A DNA stretch of 64,000 nucleotides from Rhynchopus sp. YZ270_cl-10 (Eukaryota). The stretch is taken from NCBI GenBank assembly GCA_964035575.1, contig OZ037836.1, forward strand, positions 1,054,001 through 1,118,000. The letters are read 5' to 3'. Positions within the stretch are counted from its first letter, which is position 1, and each line of letters begins with the position of its first letter. Position numbers and translations under genes: made by a program. Below, one piece after another: positions 26,592 to 39,308 of this stretch. The notes under the pieces were generated by a model, which saw only the letters and a program-made list of their open reading frames with translations, was not told the DNA's origin and searched no databases.

Positions 26592-26705
26592 CTGGGTGTC
26601 AAGTCAGCAACGCGCGGGGGGAGCGAAGAGTAGTGGGGGGGAAGAGGAGAAAAAGAAAAGAGTGTGTGTTTCGAGAGGGAAACAATGTGAAAAAGAAAAA
26701 CAAAT
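26592..26705 (-). promoter_or_regulatory. Polypyrimidine tract + AG, candidate (trans-)splice acceptor upstream of the 532-aa gene
   Basis: The minus strand has long T/C tracts, then CAG about 34 nt before the ATG. The same arrangement is at 58725-58840. Confidence 0.4.
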
Positions 26706-26876
26706 CTGCTGCGGGTGGGTGGAGAATGGTTGTGGGTGTGTTGAAAAAGTAGGTGTGGGTGGGTAGGGTCTTTGGGTTACGGTCAAGATTATCCGAACCA
26801 GAGGACGCAAGCAGACATACTGCCAGAGACCCTCCACCTCGGGGAGGTGCTGCCCTGCCACCAACACACCACGTCG

Positions 26877-27818
26877 TCATTGTGCGTGTCTCTGTCGCTT
26901 CTGGCTTTGCTCGGGGGATTCGTCTCTGCTTCGTTTCGGACGTGCTTCAACCACAAGCTTCCTCAGCTTCTTGTCCTTCCTCACTTCGTTGGACACAACA
27001 CTGCTGCAGCCGGAAAGGTAAATGCTCGTCAACGAAGTGCAGTTCGAAGCAAAATACGTCATACCTCTAAAAGCGGTACTAATCTGCGCCACATTGCTGA
27101 ATGCTGACAAATCCAGGGTCGTTAAGCTGGTGCAGTTCTGAAGAAAGTGTGCACCAACTTGCGTCACGTTGTTGAGTGGAGATAAGTCGATGTTGGTTAA
27201 GCTCGTGCAGCCGTAAAGAAAGTTGTAATTAATCTGCGCCACATTGCTGAGTGCTGGCAAATCCAGGGTGGTTAAGCTGCTGCAGCTCCAAAGGAAGTGC
27301 TCACCAACCTGCGTCACATTGCTCAACCCAGAGAGGTCGATACTTGTCAACGAGGTGCAGTCTGCCAGGAAGCCGGTTCCAATGCGAGTCACAATGGACT
27401 CAGCACTGAGATCAAGTCTCGTCAACGAAGTGCCCGACAAGAAGTCATTCGGAATGACAGTCGCAACCTCCGCCTGCAGAAGCAAACACGCCACCTCAGG
27501 ATCCTCCACCCTCTCCAACGAGATTAACACCTCCTCCAACCTCTGGGCTGTGATGTCGGTCTCACCCAACGCATGAAGCTCTGCAATGGCTTCGTACTTC
27601 TGCGACTTCGTCTTCGTGAGGATGATTGTGTCACCAGCACTCAGCTGCGTCATGTCCGCTCCTTCTCCCATCGCTTCGCCACCGAAACTCATGCAAAAGC
27701 CGTCTTCAGGCAACCCCACTGCAGACGCCACCTTCCGCCGCAAGCCCTCCACTGTGTCATCCTCGCCCAGCTCGACTGTGTGCTGATTCGTGTCGAAACC
27801 CTTGATGTTCAGGTCCAT
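26877..27818 (-). CDS. Ubiquitin-like domain + LRR protein (313 aa), copy 2
   Basis: Ubl-like N-terminus (MDLNIKG...TVEGLRRKV...GDTIIL), 6 LRR units LTxLDLSxLSNVTQxxxxFLxxC, and a basic bipartite NLS-like tail. Confidence 0.9.
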   Translation of the reverse strand: MDLNIKGFDTNQHTVELGEDDTVEGLRRKVASAVGLPEDGFCMSFGGEAMGEGADMTQLSAGDTIILTKTKSQKYEAIAELHALGETDITAQRLEEVLISLERVEDPEVACLLLQAEVATVIPNDFLSGTSLTRLDLSAESIVTRIGTGFLADCTSLTSIDLSGLSNVTQVGEHFLWSCSSLTTLDLPALSNVAQINYNFLYGCTSLTNIDLSPLNNVTQVGAHFLQNCTSLTTLDLSAFSNVAQISTAFRGMTYFASNCTSLTSIYLSGCSSVVSNEVRKDKKLRKLVVEARPKRSRDESPEQSQKRQRHAQ

Positions 27819-28443
27819 GTCTTTGTTGTGGTTTGTGTTCTGATCTCTGTGTGTGGTGGTGGGGTGTGGAGTACAACAAGCCTGCAGTCCTTTTCAAGAA
27901 CCTTGCCAAAAACTGTCTGGAGAAGGGTCCCCCTCCCCGACCCACAACCCACAACCCCCGACTTCAGATCTCTCACCTCTCCACCCCCTCTCCCTGAACC
28001 AGCGCCCTTCACAGACGTTCCCTCCTCACGAAAGCAAACCCACCTTCCCCTGCCCCTCTCACGCACCCTTACCTGCCCCGTTCTGCAGAAGAAACCCGCA
28101 CAGCCTCCACGCTGTCTCCACCCACCCCACGCAAGGAAGAACGCGTAGGGTCCGGTTGGGGTCGTCTGCCCGTTTCGCAGTGTGGAGAGGCTAGTAGAGG
28201 AGCACACACTCTGCATCGCTAAGTTGGGCGGAGGACCTAAACTTGACTTGAAATACAGTGTCCCTTTGGTGCATAACTTGAAACCATGCAGTCCTACATC
28301 CATTTCGTGGTTCATATCCTAAAAAAAAGGGGGTCTTGTGGGGTGATATCCTTTTTTCCTTTTTCAAATGAAAACTTGGTTGTTTAGTTTTGACACCCGA
28401 GGATGTGCTCCACTATGCAACCCTTTTTTTTGTTTTCTCGTCT

Positions 28444-29160
28444 CAGTGTTTCCCAGCATCTCACCTAACTCTGAAAATAGGTGAGATTTTGCGGTTTTGC
28501 GGGTTTTTGTATAGGTGTGGCGAGCCCGGGCGCGCTTCGCGCGCCCGGGTCCCCACCTTAGCTCAAGTTGGGGGCCTCCGGCGGAATGTGAGAATTTCTC
28601 GGAGTTCGGCACTTCATTGATATTTGCACCAGTACATTTACAAAATAAACGGCAGTCATGGCAGGCATGACACCCAAGCGAAGCCACGGTACGCATCATT
28701 TCTAAAAATTGTTGACATAAATGTCACTGTCGTTGGAAGATTGGGGGGTCAGCTTGTTTTTGTGCCCAAAATTTCTCAGCACTGCTGACCAGGGACATTG
28801 GGAACATAGGGATTTTTGCGGAGCAAAAAAAAAATCAAACAAATGGCGCCGCAGGCGAAAAAAAATTAGGGTACAGTGTAAAAATCTATCTTTTTTACAG
28901 CACATAGTCACACACCTATTATGGTCCTAACCCTTTTTTGCGGAGCAAAAAAGGGAAAATGGCGCCGCAGGCAAAAAAAAATTGAGGTACAGCCTGGATG
29001 GTGCGGTCAGCAACCCAGTTCCCCATGGTACTCCCGTGGTTCAACCATGATTTTTTTTTTTTTTTTTTTTTTCCTGCAGGTGAGATTTCTCACCTCACTT
29101 TTTTTTTTTTTTTTTTTTTGTGAGATTTCTCACCCCAAAATCTCACCGTGGGAAACACTG
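28444..29160 (-). mobile_element. Non-autonomous derivative of the hAT element at 49290-53587
   Basis: Same TIR CAGTGTTTCCCA and same subterminal sequences. 8-bp TSD TCTCGTCT. Empty sites at ~4418 and ~60541. Confidence 0.9.
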
Positions 29161-32100
29161 TCTCGTCTCGAACAGTAATGTATATAGGGGTGGTGGGGGT
29201 GCAGTAAAGGGGGAAATATGTGGGAAACCCCCTTTTTCTGGTTTTTCGCGTGGTTGTGTGCAGGGTTTTATATAGCCAGCACCCACCAAAACGGTAGTGT
29301 TGTGTGAGGCAGTCATTGTTTTTGTGTGTGGAAAATTGGTGTCTTATCCAGGAATCCAGATTTCAGGATCGGGGTCAGCTTGGTTTTTCCCCAAAAATTC
29401 AGCACTGCTGACAAGGGAAGACACTGGGAACTATATTTTTTTTCAGGGTATTATCGTGCGGTTCGCATTTAGTTGACATCAACTAAATCTTTTTTTGGGA
29501 GGGGGAAAAAAAAAAAAAGAGGGGATTTTTGAGCACTTTTGGGGACCCCTCGCCCGACCCCCAGATGACTGGAATGATGGAACCATAAAATTTTTCTGCT
29601 CGCTGCGTACCGTACCCCTTATTTTTTTTGCCTGCGGCGCCATTTTCCTTTTTTGCTCCGCAAAAAAGGGTTTGTTGAGTGACTGTGTGGTGTAAACCAG
29701 CATTTTTACACCGTACCCTATTTTTTTTTCGCCTGCGGCGCCATTTATTTTTTTTTCATACGGCTAAAGAATCGCAGGGTGGCGTTCGCGAAGTTTGACG
29801 AATACAAGCGCGTGCGAAAAGTAGTTATGCAGTGGAGAAAGGAATGGAAACCACCAACCCTGAACAGTACTTGACCTGCCTTTCCCGGGGGAAATTTTTT
29901 TTTTATCAACTAAATCTGAGAAAATTGCGAATTTGACGATAATGGGCTGTTTTTTTTTTGCGGAGCAAAAAAAAATAATATAAAATGGCGCCGCAGGCGA
30001 AAAAAAATTCATGGTACGGTGTAAAAATCTAGCTTTTTACACCACGAGTCACTCAGAGAACCCCTTTTTGCGGAATACCGACTCGTTTTTTAGGATTCTT
30101 GACGACCGTGCTTTTCATGGTGGGGTCGCGTTGCTCTGGAGTCCCTTCGGGACCCCTCTTAGAGCCCTGTAAGGTAAGGTAAAAATTGCAAAAAATCCCG
30201 AAATTCTATAGTTTTTTTTTTTTTTTTTTGATTTTTTGCAGGGTATAAGCTTGGATTTTGGATTTTTTCCAGAATTAGGTTTTTTGAATTTTTTTTTTTT
30301 GGTGGGGTTATAGCAGGGTATTATATAGCCCCCCTAGCCCCCACCAAAAAGGTGGTTTTGTGTGAGGCAGTCATTTTTTTCTGTGGGGGAAACGAAGCGA
30401 AAAATTTTCTCGGTATTTTGTGACCACGGCAAACCTACACCACCCCAACCCTGCGGAAAAGCCTCCCCTCCTCTGTGCAACCTTGGTAGCTTTCAGCCAC
30501 TGGTGATCCGCAATCCGTAGTGGGTGTCAGCCTTATTGTCGGTAACCTCAATACATTTACAAGAAACGGTGGCCATGGCACCCAAAGGTTCCTGGCGAAG
30601 CCACGGTATGCAACATTTCTAAAATCGCGCTTTAAAATTGCACTATTTTACAGGCAAACAATGTCATGGGAAGGGTGTGAAAGCTTGCGCCGCAGGCGCA
30701 CGGTACGCTACTTTTATTCTTTTCGCCACATCTTTTTTCTCACTCATAGTTGGGTTTTTCAAGCTCCGTCCGTCAAATGGAGCTCAACGAACCCTTTTTT
30801 GCGGAGCAAAAAAGGAAAAATGGCGCCGCAGGCAAAAAATTTTTAAGGTACAGCCTGGATGGTGCGGTCAGCAACCCAGTACTGCGTACTCCCGTGGTTC
30901 AACCACGGTTCTTTCCCCCATATTTCCCCCCCCCCGAAATCCAAATCTAAATTTTTTTTTCCCCGAAAAATTTCAGAATTAGGTTTTTGAACCTAATTCT
31001 GAGTACCAAGCTAATACCCTGATTTTTTGTGGGATTTGGTCCCACATAAAGATCCCTATATACATCACTGGTCTCGAAACCTTTTGGGTGATGCGAGTAC
31101 AGCATATAAAGTGGGAGTGATAGTGTGAACAACACCACTGGGATGCTGAACAACAGATATCATATATTTCCACCAAAAATCTGTAAAAGAAACTAATTCA
31201 TATACTTTCAAATAAAAATTGAAAGCATTAGGGAAGTGTATAAAAAACAACGTAAAAGAAGCTAGAAAAGGGGGAGGGGGGAGGGAAGGGAAAAGTGAAG
31301 TTGATAGTGCAAGACAACACCCTAGGTATGACCTAGGAACTGAATTCCCAAAGAAGGGGCTCTCGGAGCCCTCTCTCTCGGAGTGAAAAATATTTTCATC
31401 ATATGCCATGGCTTCATAAATATATTGAATATCGTCAATATATTGATTTGGTGATGAATATTATTGATTGAATATTGAAAGTGTCAATAATATTGACTGA
31501 AAACTGTCAATATTTCAATAATATTGAAATATTGATCATATTATTGAATATTGACGTTGCAGTGCCTGCTTTTTCCTTGACGGGAGACCATAGCTGAGAA
31601 TAAGACTCGGGGACCCGGGACCCGGTTATTCTCAGTGGGACTGGGCACAATATGTCGAAAACGCTGTGAAAACGCCTGAAAGCGGGTCGGGGACCCGGGC
31701 ACGGGAGGGTGGGGCATGGATGGAGGGGTATTCCCAGTCCCTAGGACTGGGACTGTGCCCAGTACCCGTCCGAGTTCTAGTCCTGGGACAGTACCCGGGA
31801 CCCGGCTTATTCTCAGCTCCCTTCCAGCCACAGAGTGGAGAGGCAAAGGGTCAAACTTTTCTGTTGAAGCCATGTGCGCAACATTTCAAAGATTGTGCCA
31901 TAAATCGCACATTATCACAGCCAAACTATATCATGGATAGGGTAGAGCTGTGGGCTACCGCTCGTAATTCCTAAACACTTGTGTTTAGGTTTTTAAGGTT
32001 GCTGCCCTCCCAGTACCCTCTTGGTGCACCCACCCGAAAATGCACCAAAGTGTAAGATTTTTTCGGCGTTGGAAAGATTGGGCCTCAAAAATGCGAATCA

Positions 32101-33117
32101 CCAAATCAGATCTGTGAGAGATTTTAGGCTAGTTGACGTCACGGACATTCGGGTATGGGAGGGTATGGGAGGATTTGGGGGGGTATGGGACAGTATGGGA
32201 CGGTATGGGACGGTATGGGAGTGGTATGGGACTGTATGGGACAGTATGGGACGGTATGGGACAGTGTGGGAGGATTTGGGAGGGTATGGGACAGTATGGG
32301 ACGGTATGGGAGTGGTATGGGAGGGTATGGGCGGGTATGGGAGTGGTATGGGAGGATTTTTGGAGGTTTGGGAGTGGTTTGGGGGTCGTGCATGCACTTA
32401 GGGTAGCTCGACTTTTTTTTCGTTTCCCGCTCGCTGACCCTGAAAAAAAAATGTGCGCGCGCGCAAAAAAAAAGTTTTTCCTGAAAAAAAGTTGACAAAA
32501 AAGTTGTGGGAACAGGGTGATCCTGTGGGTTTTTTATATAAAATCGCCTCAGGGGCCCCAAAAACGGGTGACCCAAAACACAGTTTTTTGGCATTTCCGG
32601 AATCCGTCCAGAAAGTGGTGGGGTCGATGTCGAAAATTGGACAATTTTTTGACCACTTAAATTTTTGAAAATATGACCCCAGTCACTAATAGCTGGGGCC
32701 CATTTTCGGCCAAAAAATGCTGCTGAAAAAAATTTTCAGGTGAAAATTTTTCAGCCCCAAAACATACCGCGATTGGCATTTCCGGAATCTGTCCGCGCTG
32801 TGGTGGGGTCAATTTGCCGTCGTCCAGCTGCAAATTCACAAATTATGGCCTTTCCGTATACTTCAAACCCAGACCGGCCCGGTTTGCAGTTCTCGTGTAC
32901 AATTCGCACGCAAAAGAGAGCAACTCCCACACCGATTAGGGGGACGGTACGGGACGGTATGGGACGGTATGGGACAGTATGGGACAGTATGGGACGGTAT
33001 GGGACAGTGTGGGAGGGTATGGGGGGTCCGGAAAGATAAAAAGACCAGTCTTTATTCTTTGCTCAAAGTCAAACGAGTATGTGTTGAAGAGAAAAAGCCC
33101 CCCCCCCCCCCCCCCCC

Positions 33118-33964
33118 TAGGCATACTGTGCGGGCGAGTAAAAAAAACTCGCCTACTCGCCAAAAACTCGCCTAAAACTCGCCCATTTTTGGGGGGCGAG
33201 TTTTGGCGAGTTTTTTTTTTGGGTAGGGATTTTACCTTGGGAAAAGTGTACACACGAAAATATGAGGGAAATTTGAGTTTTGAAGAGAAAATTTTTTTCG
33301 TTCCACTTGAACAAGACCTCTACAGTTTGCTTTGTAGGCTTCCACAACCAGTACCACCAGTCCAGCTGTAGCTTCTGCGGATCCATGAAGCTTGCACAGA
33401 TGGGTGCGATGTAGTCGTGGGGGAATACCGCCAAGGGGTGGCCTGCAGGGTTGCCATTTACCGGCATGGCGAGGACATTGTTGTATAGCGAGTGTAGCCC
33501 CGGCTCATGTCTTCGTCATCCTCCGGATTGTAGCACGTCTTGTCCCCCGGGATCTATGGCACGCTTGGATCTTCCCCTGGAGCAAATGTTTACATACATG
33601 CCTGTCAGCCACTGCCGTGACATGGTTGCCTTTAGACGTACAAGTGACACAATTTCAATTTTTTGTGTGTTTTCGAGTGGCATGTTGTCATCAGTCACCC
33701 CCGCCCTCCATTTTCACATCCTGGTGCACATTTTCACCCCCAAGGTGCGTATGTGCACCAGAATTTGCACCCAAATGTGGGCGAGTTTAGGCGAGTTTAG
33801 GCGAGTTTTTGGCGAGTTTAGGCGAGTTTTGGCGAGTTTTTGGCGAGTTTTGGCGAGTAATAGGCGAGTAATGGGCGAGTAGGGCGAGTTTTTGGCGAGT
33901 TTTTCCTGAAAATCAGGAAAACGAAAAACTCGCCTAAAAACGGCTCGCCTGCACAGTATGCCTA
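33118..33964. mobile_element. TIR element with GGCGAG subterminal arrays and a decayed coding fragment
   Basis: TAGGCATACTGTGC(G/A)GGCGAG inverted termini. The TSD is ambiguous (TA or CTAG). A stop-containing GC-rich fragment lies at 33300-33700 on the minus strand. Confidence 0.65.
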
Positions 33965-34035
33965 GGTGGGGGCAAAACCCCTATTTTTTTGAGGCATTTG
34001 ACTTTTTTGGACTTCCGCGCAACGTACGTACAAAC

Positions 34036-35068
34036 CACCCCTCATACCCACCCAGAAATGGGTCAGAAACACCCTGTGACCCGAAAATTCATGCCAAGGG
34101 CGACTCAGAATATGAAAAAATGCAAAAAAATAGTGAAAAAGTGACTTTTTGACGGTTTTGGCCATGTTGGGTAAAATGGCCATTTTTGGTGAAAAAAATC
34201 AAAAAAACAGCAAAATTTCGACATCATGACAGCTGCTTGGGCACGAAACTACCCCAGGGAGGTCCTGTGAGTCCATTCCGACCTGTTTTGGACACTTTGG
34301 GTACTTTTTTTGGCCGTTTTTTGGTGTTTTTGTGGTCGAAATCATACCCCGTCCATACCCCGTCCAAGTCATGCGCCCTGCTTTCAGACCTACTCTGGGC
34401 CAAAAAATGGGTGAAAACCCCCGAAAAAGCACTCTGGGAACCCAGATAGTTCCAAGTATCCACCAGAAACCCACCCAAACACCTCAAAAACATGCCAGAA
34501 AAATATTTTCAAAAACACACTTTTTTCAAAAAGTTCATCTGGGCAGGTTCCATAATGACTTATTTGAAAAAGTGTGTTTTTGAAAATGTTTTTCTGACAT
34601 GTTTTGGAGGTGTTTTTGAGGGTGTGCGGTGGAAATTTGGAACTATCTGGGCTCCCGGAGTGCTTTTTCGGAGGTTTTCGCCCATTTTTTGGCCCAGAGT
34701 GGGTCTAAAAGCAGGGCGCATGACTTGGACGGGGTATGGACGGGGTATGGACAGTGCATGACGTTAACCATAAAAACGTCAAAAAACGGCCCAAACAAGT
34801 GCCTAAAGTGTCCAAAACACGTCGGAATGGACTCACAGGACCTCCCTGGGGTAGTTTCGTGCCCAAGCAGCTGTCATGATGTCGAAATTTTGCTGTTTTT
34901 TTGATTTTTTTCACCAAAAAATGGCCATTTTACCCCACATGGCCAAAACCGTCAAAAGCCACTTTTTCACTATTTTTTTTGCATTTTTTCATATTCTGAG
35001 GTGCCCTAATCATGGATTTTCGGGTCTCAGGGTGTTTCTGACCCATTTCTGGGGGGGTATGAGGGGTG
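34036..35068. repeat. ~1-kb imperfect palindrome (foldback)
   Basis: 34036-34535 is the reverse complement of 34555-35068 with scattered mismatches. Confidence 0.9.
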
Positions 35069-36923
35069 CTCACAGGTTTTTTGCTCACAAAACCACTTTT
35101 TCCAAAAATGCCTCACCCGTCCTGAAGGTTTTGCCCCCCCCTACCCCCCCCCCCCCCCCCCCCCAACCAAAAACAAACCCGATGTGAAGTAAAACGTACG
35201 GGGGAGGAGAAACACACGTACGGGGGAGGAGAAACACACCGACTAGGGAATCAAAAATTCCCTTCCAACCTTACCGTAAGTAAGTGGTAGAAAATATCAA
35301 AAAGTGAGAGGAATTGTCGCTATTATTTGTATGTCTTTTTATCCGAACCCCCCAATCCGCAGCAAAGCTGCTCAAACAAGTTTGATTGTGAAGAGTGGTA
35401 TGGGAGGTACGGGAGGGTATGGGACGGTATGGGACAGTATGGGAGGGTACGGGAGGGTATGGGAGGGTATGGGAGGGTATGGGAGGGTATGGGACGGTAT
35501 GGGGGGATTTGGGAGCGTTCGAGGGCGGTACGGGATGGTACGGAACAGGATTTCCCAGAAAATTCCTAAACCGACCCGTGGCGTCAACTAGCCTAGATTT
35601 GTTTTTAATTCCTATTTTCGTGTCGCGAGTTTACGTGGGAAATGCTTTAGAAACGTGCGTTCCTTAAGTACCCTATGGGCAAAACAGGCGTTTTTCACCA
35701 AAAAACCGGGATTTTCGCCTTTTTGGGTGGTTTTTTGGGCCCATACCCGGCTATATGGACTGGGAAACGCGATTCTGGGGTGCTAGAACCAGGTCTAGGC
35801 CGCACAGGGGTACTTCTGTGGGCAAAAACAACCCACAAAACCATGCACTGCGTTGTGTTCTGTGACCATTCAGGTGTTTTAGCTAGTGTACGAGGCGTTG
35901 CGATCGATTTGGTTTCGTTCTCGCTCATCAACCACACGAGCTAGCAAAAAATATTTAGGATTCGTAAAACCAAATTTTGTCCGCGCCGCAGGCGCACGGT
36001 GCGCTACTTTTTTATGAGAGTTGCGAACATACATTTGAAAAATCCATCCATCCACATGTCTTTTTTTATGAGAGGATCAGTGAGTAAATAGTTCCGCTTA
36101 TGGGCCCAGGAGGCTTCCCCTGGTCAGGGGTGGGGTTTGCTGCTTGGAGAGGAGGTTGTTCTGGGTACAGAACGAGAAAAAAGAGTGGTTGAAACGTGCT
36201 AAAACGCAGTCGAGCTCATGCAAAGGGTAGGAGGTGGGTGGTCCGTACCGTAAGAGAACGGAGGCGGTTCACAACCGCTCGACGAATCACGCGACCTCTT
36301 TATTCCCCAGCCTTTTTAACAGCCAAAAAAAGTCTATGATTTTGCACGTGTTACCGTGGGACTCTAAGGGCAATCATGGCTCAGTTCGTAAACGCGCACG
36401 TGCCATTCAATGCCATCGCGGGGGAGCGACTTGCCTTGTGGCATCAGATGGCTCCTTAGTGGGGGGATCTACGCGGACAGTGAGAGGGGGTGGGTGGGGA
36501 ACAGCATTCTCTACCTGGCTTCTGAAGAAGGGTGTCTTCCCTTGGGGCTACCGCGAAGTGCAATGCGGACTCGAGAAGTCATGTGGAATTTTGTCATAGT
36601 TGGTATCACAAGTCGCCATATTTTTTGCATTTTTTGGTCCGAAGTTCAATTACCAGTCCTGGAACTTGTGGCAATTTTTTTGTGCCTCAACTCGGGCATG
36701 TTTTTATGTGTGGTACACGAGTTGTGTGAGGTTGGAAGATGCAGAACCAGTTTCCAAGGGGCGCAAGACCATTGTGTGAAGGAAAGTGTCAATATATTGA
36801 TCAATATATTGATCAATATTTGCAAATATTGAATGGGAAATTTACACGGTAAAAGTGTCAATATATTGAAAATTTCCTACGTGATATTGATCAATATATT
36901 GATATTGAAAAAAACGTGAAAAA

Positions 36924-37834
36924 TAACTATTTATTGCATGATGTAAAGTGCACTTTATATCACGAGGGAGCTATGGTTCCGAGTTGTAGGTTTTAGTACA
37001 CGAGCGCAGCGAGTGTACTAATAAATTTTATGACCACGAGCGAAGCGAGTGGTCATAATATGCAACTCGGAACCATAGCTCCCGAGTTATATGAAGTGCG
37101 CTTTACAGAATGCAATACGATATTTTATCTCACGGGGATATAAACGAGCGCTTGATTTTGCGATTTTTGCTGTAAAAAAGTGACGTAAAGTAGGCTTCGT
37201 CACGTATTTTTGGCTTGGGATAGGCGGGAGAGTGACATAAAGCTTATTCATATGGGTGTAGGGAGAAGGAGAGGTTGTGTTGGTGATGCAAGACGGGTAG
37301 GAGTTTCATGTTTGACGCTGACAATCCCACTTTGAAGGCTACCCATTCTCCCACTTGCCAAAGTAGGCGCCTCTCGATGCTGATCTCTTGAGTAAAGGGG
37401 GGCCCCGAATAAGTTAATACCCCCAAATAATAGCTATTTTCCCAAATAACTTTTTATACTGCGTATACTGTGTATACTGTGTATACTGTGTATACTGTGT
37501 ATACTGTGTATACTGTGTATACTGTGTATACTGTGTATACTGTGTATACTGTGTATACTGTGTATACTGTGTATACTGTGTATACTGTGTATACTGTGTA
37601 TACTGTGTATACTGTGTATACTGTGTATACTGTGGAAATTTGTTGTTGTGTTGAGTTTTTGTAGTGTGGACACCTGCGTGATGATAAAGTATATTATGTC
37701 ATGACATAAAGCTTTATGTCACGATCCCAGCTATCCCAAGCCAAAAATACGTGACGTAAAGCCTACTTTACGTCACGCTTTTTTACAGCTAAAATCGCAA
37801 AAATCAAGGGCGAGTTTATATCACTAGTGAGATA
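36924..37834. mobile_element. Insertion with a terminal Y-shaped hairpin and asymmetric inverted repeats
   Basis: Absent from A1 (A-tract empty site at ~10155). Branched hairpin at 36932-37117. Inverted repeats at ~37123-37245 and ~37705-37838. Contains a (TATACTGTG)n array. Confidence 0.7.
37456..37634. repeat. (TATACTGTG)n minisatellite
   Basis: 9-bp tandem array of ~20 units. Confidence 0.95.
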
Positions 37835-38006
37835 AAAATATTGAATATATTTATGAAGCCATGATATGCAATCAATAAATTGATAGTATATGGTGAGGGA
37901 TCAACAAAAATGTCCCCATCTTTCTTTTTACATGTTTTGCAAAGAAAGAGGAAGATGGCATTAGAATGAACCTAAGCTGTTGTGCTTTGTCACTAAAAAC
38001 TAAAAA

Positions 38007-38520
38007 CACGGGTCGGGAAAGATCTTTTTTTTTTTTTTTTTTTCGAGAAAAAAAATCCTCTTCTCCCGAAAAAAAAAAAAAAAAAAGATTTTTGGGAGAA
38101 AAAAAAAAAGAGAAAAGATTTGAAAATCCTGGGAAAATCCTGAAAAAATCCTGAAAAATCCTGGAAAAATCCATGAAATTTCATGAAAAATCTCGAGATC
38201 TTGAGAAATCTTTGAAAAAAAAAAAAAAAAGATTTTCAAAATCTTTTTTTTTTTTTTTCCCAAAAAGATTTTTCAAAATCCCAAAAATCTTTTTTATCTT
38301 TTTTTTGAGAAAAAAAAAGATTTTCAAGATCTTTTTCATCTTTTTTTCTCTTTTTTTCCTTTTTTTTCCTTTTTTTTCCAGGATTTTTCAAAGATCTCAA
38401 AGATCTCGAGAGATCCTGAAAAAAAAAGACAAAAATCCTGAAAATCTTGATTTTTTTTTTTTTTCTCCCGAGATTCTCGAAAAAAGACAAAAAAAGACAA
38501 AAGATCTTTCCTGACCCGTG
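38007..38520. mobile_element. MITE with CACGGG termini and apparent 6-bp TSD
   Basis: TIR CACGGGTC(G/A)GGAAAGATCTTTT. TAAAAA on both sides, within a short tandem repeat. Absent at ~5460-5480. Confidence 0.75.
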
Positions 38521-38670
38521 TAAAAACTAAAAAAACAAAAAAGCAAAAAAAGCAAAAAAAAAAAAAAAGCAAAGACAATAGAAAGCTATCGCGAGGGGGA
38601 AAGGGTGGGGGGTGGCTAAACAAGGTTTTATGTGTGTGTGTTTTTTTTGCCGAAAAAAAAGCATTTTAAA

Positions 38671-39308
38671 CAGGGTATTAGGGTGGTTAAAAAAACTGGT
38701 TTTGAAAACCAGTTTTTCCAAAAACTGGTTTTCAAAAAAAAAAAAAAAACAGAGAAATCTGGAGGGGAAAAAAAAACCGACACTTTTCACCAGGCCTTTC
38801 TGTTAATGTCGTCCCCAGATTAGGGTGGACTCGATTTTTTCCCCCGCATTTTTTCCCCGCCTGGTAGAACCGTGGTTGAACCACGGGAGTGCCTTTGAGA
38901 AATGGATGTTCCTTGAATTTTTTTTTGCCTGCGGCGCCATTTTTCATTTTTTGCTCCGCAAAAAAGGGTTCGTTGAGTGGCTCTGTGGTGTAAAAAGCTA
39001 TATTTTTACACCGTACCCTCAAAATTTTTCGCCTGCGGCGCCATTTTATACAGTCCCTATGTTCCCAATGTCTACCCTGGGTCAGCAGCGCCGAAAAATA
39101 TTTTGAGCAAAAAACAAGCTGACCTCCCCAACTTGAAATCTGGATTCCTGGATAAGACACTGACCCCACCCCCGAAAACCCCGAAAAAGGTGACTGTGTC
39201 CGTCAACGGTGGAGGTTTTCGCCGGAAACACTAGTTTTCGCCACCCAGGAGAGAAAACCAGAAAAACCAGTTTTTTCCGGAATTTTGGATTTTCACCCTA
39301 ATACCCTG
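38671..39308. mobile_element. hAT-type MITE
   Basis: 15-bp TIR CAGGGTATTAGGGTG. 8-bp TSD ATTTTAAA. Confidence 0.9.

Larger units (their letters stand above)
32125..35595. mobile_element. TIR element with TAG termini and 5-bp TSD, nested in A2
   Basis: 20-bp TIR TAGGCTAGTTGACG(T/C)CACGG. TSD GATTT. Empty site in A1 at ~12543. Subterminal GGTATGGGA arrays at 32151-32355, 32940-33025 and 35395-35500. Confidence 0.85.
31407..37863. mobile_element. Transposon A2 (inverted copy of A1) with different nested insertions
   Basis: CATGGCTTCATAAATATATT TIRs. 6-bp TSD ATATGC at 31401-31406 and 37864-37869. Confidence 0.9.
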
